From Caulobacterales bacterium (GTDB lineage: Bacteria > Pseudomonadota > Alphaproteobacteria > Caulobacterales > Caulobacteraceae): a stretch of DNA of 64,000 nucleotides. The notes below the pieces were generated by a model, which saw only the letters and a program-made list of their open reading frames with translations, made no database searches and was not told the DNA's origin. How positions within the stretch are numbered: the first letter of the stretch is position 1; every line of letters begins with the position of its first letter. Below, piece by piece: positions 7,491 through 15,889 of the stretch. The stretch is taken from assembly GCA_038225765.1 (NCBI GenBank), contig JBBRQW010000003.1, positions 11 through 64,010 of the forward strand. Direction: 5' to 3'. The position numbers were made by a program, and so were the translations under genes.

Positions 7491-9326
7491 TCAGGCGTCT
7501 TCCTTCACCCGCCGTTTCCGGAACGTGGGGTTCAGGACCTGTTTGCGCAGGCGGATGGACTTGGGGGTGACCTCCACCAGTTCGTCGCCCTCGATATAGG
7601 CGATGGCCTGTTCGAGGGTCAGGCGGCGCGGCGGGGTGAGGCGGATGGCTTCGTCCTTGCCCGAGGCGCGCACATTGGTGAGCTGCTTGGCCTTCATCGG
7701 GTTCACGTCCAGGTCGTCGGGCTTGGCGTTCTCGCCGATGATCATGCCCTGATAGGTCTTCTCCCCGGCCCCCACGAACATGGTCCCGCGGTCCTCCAGG
7801 TTCCACAGAGCAAAGGCGGCGGTCTCGCCGTCGGAGTTGGAGATGAGGGTCCCGCGCCGGCGCCCGTCGATGGCCCCTTTGTAGGGCTCGTAGTGGGAGA
7901 ACACCCGGTTGAGAACGCCGGAGCCGCGGGTGTCGGTGAGGAATTCGCCCTGGTAGCCGATCAGGGCGCGGGACGGGGCCTTGAAGGCGAGGCGGGTCTT
8001 GCCGGTTCCCGACGGGCCCATGTCGCTGAGCTCGGCTTTGCGGGCCGACAGCTTTTCGATGACGATGCCGCTGAAGTCCTCGTCCACGTCGATGACCACG
8101 TCCTCGATCGGCTCCAGGCGCGCGCCCGTCTCCGGGTCGGTCTGGAACACCACCCGGGGGCGGCTGATGGAGACCTCGAAGCCCTCGCGACGCATGCTCT
8201 CGATGAGCACGCCCAGTTGCAGTTCGCCCCGACCCGAAACCTCGAAGGCGTCCTTCTCGCTGGTCTCGGCGACCTTGACCGCGACATTGGCCTCGGCCTC
8301 GCGCAGCAGGCGCTCGCGGATCACCCGGCTCTGCACCTTGTCGCCCTCGCGCCCGGCCAGGGGGCTGTCGTTGACCGAGACGGTGATGGCGATGGTCGGC
8401 GGGTCGATGGGCTGGGCCGGCAGGGCGCCGGCGGCGTCCAGAGCCCCGATGGTGTCGGCCACGGTGGCGCGGGTGAGGCCGGCCACGGCCACGATGTCGC
8501 CCGCCAAGGCCTCGTCGATGGGCTGGCGCTTGAGGCCGCGAAAAGCCAGGATCTTGGTGATCCGCCCGCGCTCCACCTCGGTTCCGTCGCGGGCCAGGGC
8601 GCGGATCGCCATGCCCGGAACGAGCTTGCCCGACTCCACCCGCCCGGTGAGCAGGCGCCCCAGGAAGGGATCGGCCTCGATCAGCACCGCCAGAAGCTGG
8701 GCCGGATCGCCGGCGCGGGCCTCGGCCGCTGGGGCCGGCACATGCTCGACGATCTTGTCGAACAGCGGCGCCAGATCCTTGCGGGCGTCGGCCATGTCGG
8801 CCACCGCCCAGCCCTGCTTGCCGCTGGCGTAGAGGTGGGGAAAATCGAGCTGGTCGTCGCTCGCCCCGATGGCGGCGAAGAGGTCGAAGGCTTCGTTCAG
8901 CACCTTTTCCGGGTCGGCGTGCGGCCGATCGACCTTGTTGAGCACCACGATCGGTTTGAGCCCCAGTTTCAGCGCCTTGCCGAGCACGAACTTGGTCTGC
9001 GGCATCACCCCTTCCTCTGCGTCCACCAGCAGCAGGCAGCCATCGACCATGCCGAGGATCCGCTCCACCTCGCCGCCGAAATCGGCGTGGCCGGGGGTGT
9101 CGATGATGTTGATCCGGGTCTCGCCCGCCGCCCCATGCCACAGGACCGAGGTCGCCTTGGCCAGAATGGTGATGCCCCGCTCGCGCTCCTGATCGTTGGA
9201 GTCCATGGCCCGGTCGAGATGGGTTTCGTTGGCGCGGAACACCCCCGACTGCCCCAGCATCTGATCGACCAGGGTGGTCTTGCCATGATCGACATGGGCG
9301 ATGATGGCGATGTTGCGCAGGGACAT
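7491..9326 (-). CDS. typA: translational GTPase TypA/BipA
   Basis: [24 protein letters not shown]..., the [12 protein letters not shown] and NKVDR G-motifs, and a C-terminal BipA domain. The start was set at the internal ATG (9326) of track ORF 7491..9515, matching the canonical N-terminus. Confidence 0.95.
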   Translation of the reverse strand: MSLRNIAIIAHVDHGKTTLVDQMLGQSGVFRANETHLDRAMDSNDQERERGITILAKATSVLWHGAAGETRINIIDTPGHADFGGEVERILGMVDGCLLLVDAEEGVMPQTKFVLGKALKLGLKPIVVLNKVDRPHADPEKVLNEAFDLFAAIGASDDQLDFPHLYASGKQGWAVADMADARKDLAPLFDKIVEHVPAPAAEARAGDPAQLLAVLIEADPFLGRLLTGRVESGKLVPGMAIRALARDGTEVERGRITKILAFRGLKRQPIDEALAGDIVAVAGLTRATVADTIGALDAAGALPAQPIDPPTIAITVSVNDSPLAGREGDKVQSRVIRERLLREAEANVAVKVAETSEKDAFEVSGRGELQLGVLIESMRREGFEVSISRPRVVFQTDPETGARLEPIEDVVIDVDEDFSGIVIEKLSARKAELSDMGPSGTGKTRLAFKAPSRALIGYQGEFLTDTRGSGVLNRVFSHYEPYKGAIDGRRRGTLISNSDGETAAFALWNLEDRGTMFVGAGEKTYQGMIIGENAKPDDLDVNPMKAKQLTNVRASGKDEAIRLTPPRRLTLEQAIAYIEGDELVEVTPKSIRLRKQVLNPTFRKRRVKEDA

Positions 9327-9523
9327 GAGGGCGGGAGACTTCTTCAAAAGGAGGCCGGCTTGTAGGCGATCGCGCCGGTCATAGCCATATGGGCTGGCGA
9401 CGGCGCGGTTGGCTAGTGCGCCGCACCATTTTCCGCATCGGGCCGAGGGGTTGTTAGAGCGCGGAATACCTTGCGATAATTCCTGCATAGCACATTTTTT
9501 GGCCCTGATGCGCACTTTTTCAC

Positions 9524-9552
9524 TTGATGGATTGTGCGCCGCACCCTAGATT
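9524..9552 (+). promoter_or_regulatory. sigma70-like promoter candidate (TTGATG-N17-TAGATT) with no downstream CDS
   Basis: -35 TTGATG at 9524-9529, an exact 17-nt spacer, and -10 TAGATT at 9547-9552. It points towards the orphan terminator at 9613-9643. Confidence 0.3.
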
Positions 9553-9558
9553 GTGGTC

Positions 9559-9643
9559 ACGAGGCGTCCCTGACGCGTCTGCCCTTTTTGGGCGTTTCCT
9601 CCCTAATGAACTGGCCGCGCCTTCAATGGCGCGGCCTTTTTTT
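9559..9643 (+). ncRNA. candidate ~85-nt trans-acting sRNA (orphan promoter-to-terminator unit)
   Basis: Bounded by the promoter-like element and a strong intrinsic terminator. Predicted hairpins GCGTC-CCT-GACGC (9564-9576) and GCCC-TTTTT-GGGC (9581-9593). A single-stranded UUCCUCCCUAA stretch (CCUCCC at 9598-9603, anti-Shine-Dalgarno-like) precedes the terminator. No plausible ORF. Confidence 0.35.
9613..9643 (+). terminator. Rho-independent terminator, plus-strand orientation
   Basis: GGCCGCGCC-ttcaat-GGCGCGGCC, a 9-bp perfect GC stem, followed by T7. On the minus strand the hairpin is preceded by A7 and followed by AGTTCATT, so it is not a good terminator for the minus-strand gene upstream. 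Confidence 0.6.
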
Positions 9644-9664
9644 GTGCGCCGCCAGGGCCCGGGC

Positions 9665-10576
9665 CTAAAGGCCCGCCCAGTCCGCCGCCGCCAGCGCCCC
9701 GAACACCCCCTCCAGATTGGCCTTGAGGCCCGCGAACCCGGCGGTCGGCGCGAGGGTCCCCTCGTCGAGATAGAGGGCCCGGTTGACCTCGATCTGAAGG
9801 GCGTGGACGCGCCGGGCCGGGCACCCGTAGTGTTCGGTGGTGTAGCCGCCGGCATAGGGGGCGTTGCGCGCCACGCCGTAGCCTCTGGCGGTCAGCTCGC
9901 GTTCCACCAGGCGCGAGACGGCCGGAGAGCAGGCGGTGCCGAACCGGTCGCCCAGGACCATGTCGCAGCCGGTGCCGCCGGCCGCCTGCAGGGCGGCGGC
10001 GGCCGGCATGGAGTGCCAGTCGATCAGGATGGCCACGCCATGGCGCTCGCGAGCCTCCCCGATCAGGCCGGCGAGGGCCTCGTGATAGGGCCGGTGGACC
10101 GCCTCCACCCGCGAGCGCGCCTCGGCGAAGCTGAGCTTGCGGGCGTAGATCTCCTCCCCCTCGCGCACGACGCGGGCGATCGCCCCCAGGCCCGCCGCCA
10201 CCCGGGCGCCGCGGCCGCGCGCATAGGGGGGCAGTTCGTCCTCGAACATGGCCGGGTCGAGCTCCCACGCCTCGCGGTTGACGTCCAGCCACACACGGGC
10301 GAGGCGCGCCGCGATCACCGTCGCCCCGAACATCGGCGCCCGTTCGACCAGTCGATCGACAAAAGCGTCCTCGGATCGGCGGATGGCGGCCTTGCCCAGA
10401 TGCGAGGCGTCCATCATCGGCGAGGGGTAGACCCGCCCCGAGTGCGGCGAGGCGAACACCAGCGGCGCGCGGGAAGTCCCTGGCGGCGGGCGGCTCACGA
10501 CAAAAGGCGCCGGGCCTCCATCGTCCGGAGATTCATCGGGGTCGCGCGCCGCCGCGATCGGCTCCCAAGCGTTCAT
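9665..10576 (-). CDS. N-formylglutamate amidohydrolase family protein
   Basis: 303-aa ORF with LVFASPHSGRVYP, the DVNREAWELD region and ILIDWHSMP, typical of the FGase family. Confidence 0.8.
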   Translation of the reverse strand: MNAWEPIAAARDPDESPDDGGPAPFVVSRPPPGTSRAPLVFASPHSGRVYPSPMMDASHLGKAAIRRSEDAFVDRLVERAPMFGATVIAARLARVWLDVNREAWELDPAMFEDELPPYARGRGARVAAGLGAIARVVREGEEIYARKLSFAEARSRVEAVHRPYHEALAGLIGEARERHGVAILIDWHSMPAAAALQAAGGTGCDMVLGDRFGTACSPAVSRLVERELTARGYGVARNAPYAGGYTTEHYGCPARRVHALQIEVNRALYLDEGTLAPTAGFAGLKANLEGVFGALAAADWAGL

Positions 10577-10624
10577 GGCCCCATATTCGGCAATGCGGGG
10601 GCCGGGTCAAACGCGTCCTCCCGC

Positions 10625-10653
10625 TTGCGCCGGTTTGTCGCCGTCGGTATATC
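10625..10653 (+). promoter_or_regulatory. candidate promoter of tRNA-Val (TTGCGC-N17-TATATC)
   Basis: -35 at 10625-10630 and -10 at 10648-10653, 30 nt upstream of the mature tRNA 5' end. Confidence 0.3.
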
Positions 10654-10683
10654 CCGCTGCCCTGGTCCCAGGGGCCTGAAGGC

Positions 10684-10758
10684 GGACGCGTAGCTCAGCG
10701 GGAGAGCACTACGTTGACATCGTAGGGGTCGCTGGTTCGATCCCAGCCGCGTCCACCA
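10684..10758 (+). tRNA. tRNA-Val (anticodon GAC)
   Basis: GGACGCGTAGCTCAGCGGGAGAGCACTACGTTGACATCGTAGGGGTCGCTGGTTCGATCCCAGCCGCGTCCACCA. Acceptor stem GGACGCG/CGCGTCC, anticodon stem CTACG/CGTAG with loop TTGACAT, T arm GCTGG-TTCGATC-CCAGC, and an encoded CCA. Confidence 0.92.
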
Positions 10759-10903
10759 TTTTCAACTAAGTTTCTGGGACTTACGAGAATCCATCGGGCC
10801 GGGTCGGTTCGGCGGGCCGCGCAAGCGCCGGGGGCGGAAACCGGTCCGCGCCTTGGCTCAAACCTTGGGCGTGGCGAGGCGCGAGGCGATTTGGGCCGCG
10901 CGG

Positions 10904-12082
10904 TCACGCACCCGGAACCCCCAGATCGTGCGCGGCGGCTCGCAGGGCGGCCCGTCGCCCTGGGGAATCCGCGAACGCCTGGAGCGCGTCGCCGTAGGTG
11001 GTCGCGGCGGCGGCGGCGTCGCCCTGCACCATGCGCGCGCGCATCAGGCGCACCCAGCCGTCGTCGTCGCGGGGATGGGCTTTCAGCCGCGCCGCCAGGC
11101 GCTCGACCATGCCGGCGATCATCGCCTGGCGGGCGCTGGCCGGCATGGCCTGGGCGGCGGCCACCTGATCGGCGTTCGGGCCCGGCGGCGGCGGGGCGGC
11201 CGCCTCCGGCGCGGGCGGCAGTTTGCCGACGATGTCCTCCCCGTGCTGTTTGGCCACGCGTTCGACGAAGCCGCGCACGTCGGCGACCCACGGCGCGTCC
11301 GCCGGCGCGCTCTTCAGAAGGGCGATCCAGTCGGCCATGGCGCCGGCGTGGTCGCCGCGCTGGTCGCGGGCCATGGCCAGAAAATAGCGCGCCCGCGGAT
11401 CGCCGGGATTCTTGGCCAAGGCCGCCTGAAAGGCGGTTCGCGCGGCGGGCGTGACCTGCCCGTCGGCGGCCTGCGTCAGCGCTTCCGCCTGAGCCGAAAG
11501 GTATTCACCATTGCCCGGATCGAGGGCCGCGGCGCGGCCGTAGGCCCCCGCCGCGTCGGCGTAGCGGCCCACCTGCATGTAGGACCAGCCCAACATCCGC
11601 CACCCCCGCGGATCGCCCGGCGAGGCTTTCATCTTGGCCTCGAGCTGGGCGACCATGCTGGCGATATCGGCGCCGGGACGATCGGCGCCGGTCGTGGCCG
11701 CCGGCGCCGCCGCGGCGGGCGGCGCGCCGGCCAGGTCGGGCCGGCCGATCTTCAGGTAGAGGCCCGTCGCCCCAAGGGCGACGATCGCCGCCAGGCCCAG
11801 GCTCAGGAGGATCAGCGAGCGTTCGCCGAGCGGCCGGGCCGGCGGCGCGGCGCCCGCCGCGCCCTCTGCCAGGAGGCGCCGCTCGATCTCCCTGCGCAGG
11901 CCCTCGGCTGCGGACTCGGGGAGCGTTCGCGCCGCCGCCTGGGCGTCGAGGTCGGCAAGCTGATCCTTCAGCACCTCCACCGCGCCGCCCTGGCCGCGCC
12001 GCGCCTCGTGGCGGCGAACCAGGGGAAAGGTCAGGCCGACCGCCGCCACCGTTGTCATCAAGGTCAGCAGGATCCACAGCAT
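10904..12082 (-). CDS. ccmI: cytochrome c-type biogenesis protein CcmI (CycH), TPR-containing
   Basis: The internal ATG gives MLWILLTLMTTVAAVGLTFPLV (TM1), a second TM (ILLSLGLAAIVALGATGLYL) and TPR-like repeats. There is an ATGA overlap with the ccmH stop. Confidence 0.85.
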   Translation of the reverse strand: MLWILLTLMTTVAAVGLTFPLVRRHEARRGQGGAVEVLKDQLADLDAQAAARTLPESAAEGLRREIERRLLAEGAAGAAPPARPLGERSLILLSLGLAAIVALGATGLYLKIGRPDLAGAPPAAAAPAATTGADRPGADIASMVAQLEAKMKASPGDPRGWRMLGWSYMQVGRYADAAGAYGRAAALDPGNGEYLSAQAEALTQAADGQVTPAARTAFQAALAKNPGDPRARYFLAMARDQRGDHAGAMADWIALLKSAPADAPWVADVRGFVERVAKQHGEDIVGKLPPAPEAAAPPPPGPNADQVAAAQAMPASARQAMIAGMVERLAARLKAHPRDDDGWVRLMRARMVQGDAAAAATTYGDALQAFADSPGRRAALRAAAHDLGVPGA

Positions 12083-12561
12083 CAGGCCGGCTCGTCCGCC
12101 CGCAGAATCTTGTCGAGCGCGGCCTGCTCGGCGTCGGTGAGCGGCGGCGGGGCGGCCCGCCCTCGCCGGCTCAGATACAGCGCCACGCCCGCGCCGCCGG
12201 CCGCCAGGGCCGCCAGCGGCCCCAGCCACAGGAACAGGGTCTGGCCGTCGAACGGCGGCTTGAGCAAGACGAAGGTGCCGTAGCGCTCCACGATATAGGC
12301 GATGGCCTGGCGGTCGCTGTCGCCGGCCGTCAGGCGCTCGCGCAGGATGATCCGCAGGTCGCGGGCCAGTTCGGCGTCCGAATCGTCGATGGTCTGATTC
12401 TGGCAGACGACGCAGCGCAGCTCGCCGCCGATGGCCCGCGCCCGCGCCTCCAGCGTCGGATTGGCGAGCTGTTCGTCGGGCATCACCGCTCGCGCGTGGC
12501 CGGCCACAAGGAGCGCGCCCAGGGCCACGGCGCCCCGGACCATGGCCGCCGGGCGCTTCAT
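12082..12561 (-). CDS. ccmH: cytochrome c-type biogenesis protein CcmH (CycL)
   Basis: Signal peptide followed by the LRCVVCQNQTIDDS (LRCxxC) motif and a C-terminal TM. This is the in-frame C-terminal part of track ORF 12082..12873. Confidence 0.9.
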   Translation of the reverse strand: MKRPAAMVRGAVALGALLVAGHARAVMPDEQLANPTLEARARAIGGELRCVVCQNQTIDDSDAELARDLRIILRERLTAGDSDRQAIAYIVERYGTFVLLKPPFDGQTLFLWLGPLAALAAGGAGVALYLSRRGRAAPPPLTDAEQAALDKILRADEPA

Positions 12562-13091
12562 GACCGCGCCCCGAGCCGCGTCATCAGCGGCTCGATGGTC
12601 CTCACCCAGTCTTCCGGCGCGATCGGGCCGACCTGCTTGTAGCGCACCACCCCTTGCCCATCGACCACGAAGGTTTCGGGGACGCCGGCGACGCCCAGAT
12701 CGATCCCGACCCGCCCGGACCGGTCGTTGCCGACCGTGCCGTAGGGGTCGCCGTTGTCGGCCAGGTATTTCGCCCCGTCCGCCGCCTCGTCCTTCCAGTC
12801 CAGCCCCTCGATCGGCACGCCCCGCGCCTTCAGGGCCAGCAGGACCGGATGCTCGACGCGGCAGGAGACGCACCAGGAGGCGAAGACATTGAGCAGCCGC
12901 GGGCCGCCGCGCAGATCGGCGGACCTCAGCCCCGCCTCCCCCGGGCGGACGGGCGGCAGGGCGAAGGCCGGCAAGGGCTTGTCGATCAGCATCGACGGCA
13001 GCTTGCCGGGGTCGCGCCCCAGGCCGGCCACGAAGGCGGCGATGAGCAGGGCGAACAGGGCCGCCGGCAGGAGGTAGATGGCGCCCTTCAT
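12558..13091 (-). CDS. ccmG: thiol:disulfide interchange protein DsbE/CcmG
   Basis: MKGAIYLLPAALFALLIAAFVA membrane anchor, thioredoxin motif ASWCVSCRVEHP, and GVPETFVVD. Overlaps ccmF and ccmH by 4 nt each. Confidence 0.92.
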   Translation of the reverse strand: MKGAIYLLPAALFALLIAAFVAGLGRDPGKLPSMLIDKPLPAFALPPVRPGEAGLRSADLRGGPRLLNVFASWCVSCRVEHPVLLALKARGVPIEGLDWKDEAADGAKYLADNGDPYGTVGNDRSGRVGIDLGVAGVPETFVVDGQGVVRYKQVGPIAPEDWVRTIEPLMTRLGARS

Positions 13092-15088
13092 GCCGTCGCC
13101 GGCGCCGGTTGAGGGGCGATGGCCGCCACTCGCCTCACCACCGCCCGCCGAAGCCCGCGGTCGGCCAGCGACAACAGGCCGCCCAGGGCCATGATCAGGC
13201 CGCCGCCCCAGATCCAGCCGACCAGGGGATGGTTCCACAGCCGCACCACCAGACCGCCGTCGGCGCTCTGGTCGCCGATCGAAACATAGGTGTTGCCCAT
13301 GAGGCCGACCCCGATCGCCGCCTGGGTGGTGTGGGTCTGGCTGACCGGGTAGAACCGCCGCTCGGAGATCAGGGTTCGCGCCCCGCCCGCCCCGAAAACG
13401 CCGGCTCGCGAGACCTCGAAGCGGGCCTGATTGGCTTCGTAGTTGGGGCCGCGCACGATCCGCACGCTCTCCAGGGTCACCGTCTTGCCGGCCAGATCGA
13501 CGCTCTGCCCGGCCGCCATGGTCAACACCTTGTTGCTCTGCCAGGCGGTGACGCCGGTGATCCCCAGGGCGGTGACGCCCAGGCCCGCGTGCGCCAGGGC
13601 CATGCCCCAGACGGCCAGGGGCGTCGCCCGCGCCAGCCGCGCGACCTCGGCCCCCGCCCCTTGGCCGATCCGCCAGCGGCGGGCCAGGATGGTGAACGCG
13701 GCCCCGATCAGCCAGACGCCGAGCGCGACGCCGAGGGCGGTCAGCAGATGTCCGACGCCTACCGTCGCCGCGACCGCGACTCCCACGGCGCCGGCCACGG
13801 CGGCCGGCCAGCGCAATCGCTTCAGGAGGGGCCGCGCCTCGTCGCGCTTCCAGTTGAGCATGGGCCCAAAGCCGGCCAGCAGCAGCAACGGCATGAACAG
13901 CGGCACGAAGGTCAGATTGTAATAGGGCGGCCCGACCGAGATCGCCTCGCCATGCAGGACGGCGATGAACACCGGATAGAAGGTCCCCAGGAACACGGTC
14001 GCCGTGGCGCTGAGCAGGAAAAGATTGTTGAGGGTGATGCCGCCCTCCCGCGACAGCGGGGCGAACAGGGCCCCGGTGCGCATGGCCCGCGCCCGGGCGG
14101 CGAACAGGGTCAGCGCCGCCCCGGTGGCCGCCGCGATGATGACCAGGATGTAGACCCCTCGCCGCGCATCCAGGGCGAAGGCGTGGACGCTGGTCAATAT
14201 CCCCGAGCGGACCAGGAAGGTGCCGACCAGGCTCAGGGAAAAGGTCAGGATGGCCAAAAGGATGGTCCAGGCGATCATCGCCCCGCGCCGCTCCAGCACC
14301 AGGGAGGAATGCAAGAGGGCCGTGCCCAGAAGCCACGGCATGAACGAGGCGTTCTCCACCGGATCCCAGAACCACCAGCCGCCCCAGCCCAGGGAATAGT
14401 AGGCCCACAGGCTTCCCGCCGCTATGCCGACGGTCAGGAAGGTCCACGAGGCCAGCACCCAGGGCCGCACCCAGCGCGCCCAGCCGGCGTCCACCCGCCC
14501 TTCGATCAAGGCCGCGACGGCGAAGGAAAAGGCGATCGAGAAGCCGACGTAGCCGAGGTAGAGGATCGGCGGATGAAAAACGAGGCCAGGGTCCTGCAGC
14601 ACCGGATTGAGTTCCGCTCCGTCGAGCGGGGCGGGAAAGAGGCGGGTGAACGGGTTGGAGGTGAACAGCAGAAAGCCCAGGAAGGCCACGCCGAGCATGC
14701 CCTGCACGGCCAGCACCCGCGAGCGCAGGCTGTCGCGCAGCGAGCCGCCGAACAGGGCGACCGCGGCGCCGTGCAGCGCCAGGATCAGCACCCAGAGCAG
14801 CATCGATCCTTCGTGGCTGCCCCAGGTCGCCCCGAACCGGTAGATCAGCGGCTGGGCGCTATTGGAGTGCGCCGCCACCAGGGCGATGGAGAAGTCGTTG
14901 CCGATATAGGCCGCCACGAGGCTTAAGAAGGCGAGCGCCACGAAGGCCGCATGCAGCAGCGCCGCGTTGCGGCCGATCGCCATCAGCGCCCCGTCGCCCC
15001 GCCACGCCCCCCAAAGCGGCGCCACGGCCTGAGCCAGGGCCAGCAGGAGCGCGAGAATAAGCGCGTACTGGCCGATTTCCGCCGTCAT
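13088..15088 (-). CDS. ccmF: cytochrome c heme lyase subunit CcmF
   Basis: 666-aa polytopic membrane ORF containing the WWD motif GWGGWWFWDPVENASFMPW. Confidence 0.95.
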   Translation of the reverse strand: MTAEIGQYALILALLLALAQAVAPLWGAWRGDGALMAIGRNAALLHAAFVALAFLSLVAAYIGNDFSIALVAAHSNSAQPLIYRFGATWGSHEGSMLLWVLILALHGAAVALFGGSLRDSLRSRVLAVQGMLGVAFLGFLLFTSNPFTRLFPAPLDGAELNPVLQDPGLVFHPPILYLGYVGFSIAFSFAVAALIEGRVDAGWARWVRPWVLASWTFLTVGIAAGSLWAYYSLGWGGWWFWDPVENASFMPWLLGTALLHSSLVLERRGAMIAWTILLAILTFSLSLVGTFLVRSGILTSVHAFALDARRGVYILVIIAAATGAALTLFAARARAMRTGALFAPLSREGGITLNNLFLLSATATVFLGTFYPVFIAVLHGEAISVGPPYYNLTFVPLFMPLLLLAGFGPMLNWKRDEARPLLKRLRWPAAVAGAVGVAVAATVGVGHLLTALGVALGVWLIGAAFTILARRWRIGQGAGAEVARLARATPLAVWGMALAHAGLGVTALGITGVTAWQSNKVLTMAAGQSVDLAGKTVTLESVRIVRGPNYEANQARFEVSRAGVFGAGGARTLISERRFYPVSQTHTTQAAIGVGLMGNTYVSIGDQSADGGLVVRLWNHPLVGWIWGGGLIMALGGLLSLADRGLRRAVVRRVAAIAPQPAPATA

Positions 15089-15244
15089 GATATGCGTTTA
15101 CCTCGTCGGCCCGAGCGGTCACTATAGCGGCGCCAGCGCGGGCGATGAACGAATAGGTCGGCGGCGCGGTCGCGGCAAGGACGGGCGGGCGCGGGGAAAT
15201 CGGTTCGGCCCGAGGTTCGCTGGGCGAAACCGGGAGGGAACACA

Positions 15245-15889
15245 ATGCCGCTCACCGTCGTCGGCGCCGGGCTTGGGCGCACCGGGACCATGTCGCTGAA
15301 ACTGGCCCTGGAGCAGCTTGGCTTCGGGCCGTGCTATCACATGATCGAGGTGTTCAAGAACCCGGCCGCCTTCGCCTGGTGGGAGGCGGCGGCCGATGGC
15401 GAGGCGGTGGACTGGGAGCGGATTTTCGAAGGCTACCGGGCCACCGTCGATTGGCCGAGCGCCACCTTCTACAAGGCGCTGGCGGACGCCTATCCGGACG
15501 CCAAGGTGATCCTCACCACACGCGACCCGGCGGCCTGGTTCGCCTCGACCCAGGCGACCATCTTCGCCCGCGATTTCACCGCCCAGCCGGCCACGCCCTT
15601 CGAAACCATGGCGGCCAAGGTGGTGGGGGACCTGTTCGATCGCCGGATGCACGACCGCGATCATGCGATCGGCGTCTATGAACGCCACAACGCCGAGGTT
15701 CGCGCCGTCATCGCGCCGGAGCGCCTGCTGGACTATGTGGTGTCGCGGGGGTGGGGGCCGCTGTGCGACTTCCTGGGGGTGGCGGCGCCGGATGCGCCCA
15801 TGCCCAAGGCCAACTCCACCGAGGAATTCCAGGCTCGCATCGCCAAGGCCGCCGCGGAGGCCGGCGCCCAGGCCTCAGCTCGGCGGTGA
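15245..15889 (+). CDS. sulfotransferase-family protein
   Basis: MPLTVVGAGLGRTGTMSL (PAPS 5'-phosphosulfate-binding loop-like) and VILTTRDPAAWFAS. Its 3' end overlaps the convergent mnmC by 15 nt. Confidence 0.7.
   Translation: MPLTVVGAGLGRTGTMSLKLALEQLGFGPCYHMIEVFKNPAAFAWWEAAADGEAVDWERIFEGYRATVDWPSATFYKALADAYPDAKVILTTRDPAAWFASTQATIFARDFTAQPATPFETMAAKVVGDLFDRRMHDRDHAIGVYERHNAEVRAVIAPERLLDYVVSRGWGPLCDFLGVAAPDAPMPKANSTEEFQARIAKAAAEAGAQASARR

Noticed and set aside
5486-7570. 694-aa plus-strand ORF spanning the SDR and aminotransferase region
   Set aside because: Arg/Gly/Pro/His-rich nonsense composition. It runs out of frame through the SDR gene and antisense to the aminotransferase, both of which have clear family motifs. 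This is a typical high-GC open-frame artefact.
7468-9365. 557-aa (minus, off-frame) and 630-aa (plus, antisense) ORFs over typA
   Set aside because: typA in the 7491..9326 frame has unmistakable GTPase motifs. The competing ORFs are low-complexity R/G/P/H-rich.
9613-9643. The hairpin plus T7 as the terminator of the minus-strand formylglutamate amidohydrolase gene
   Set aside because: Read on the minus strand, the stem is preceded by A7 and followed by AGTTCATT (no U-tract), so it is oriented for plus-strand transcription. Weak bidirectional activity cannot be excluded.
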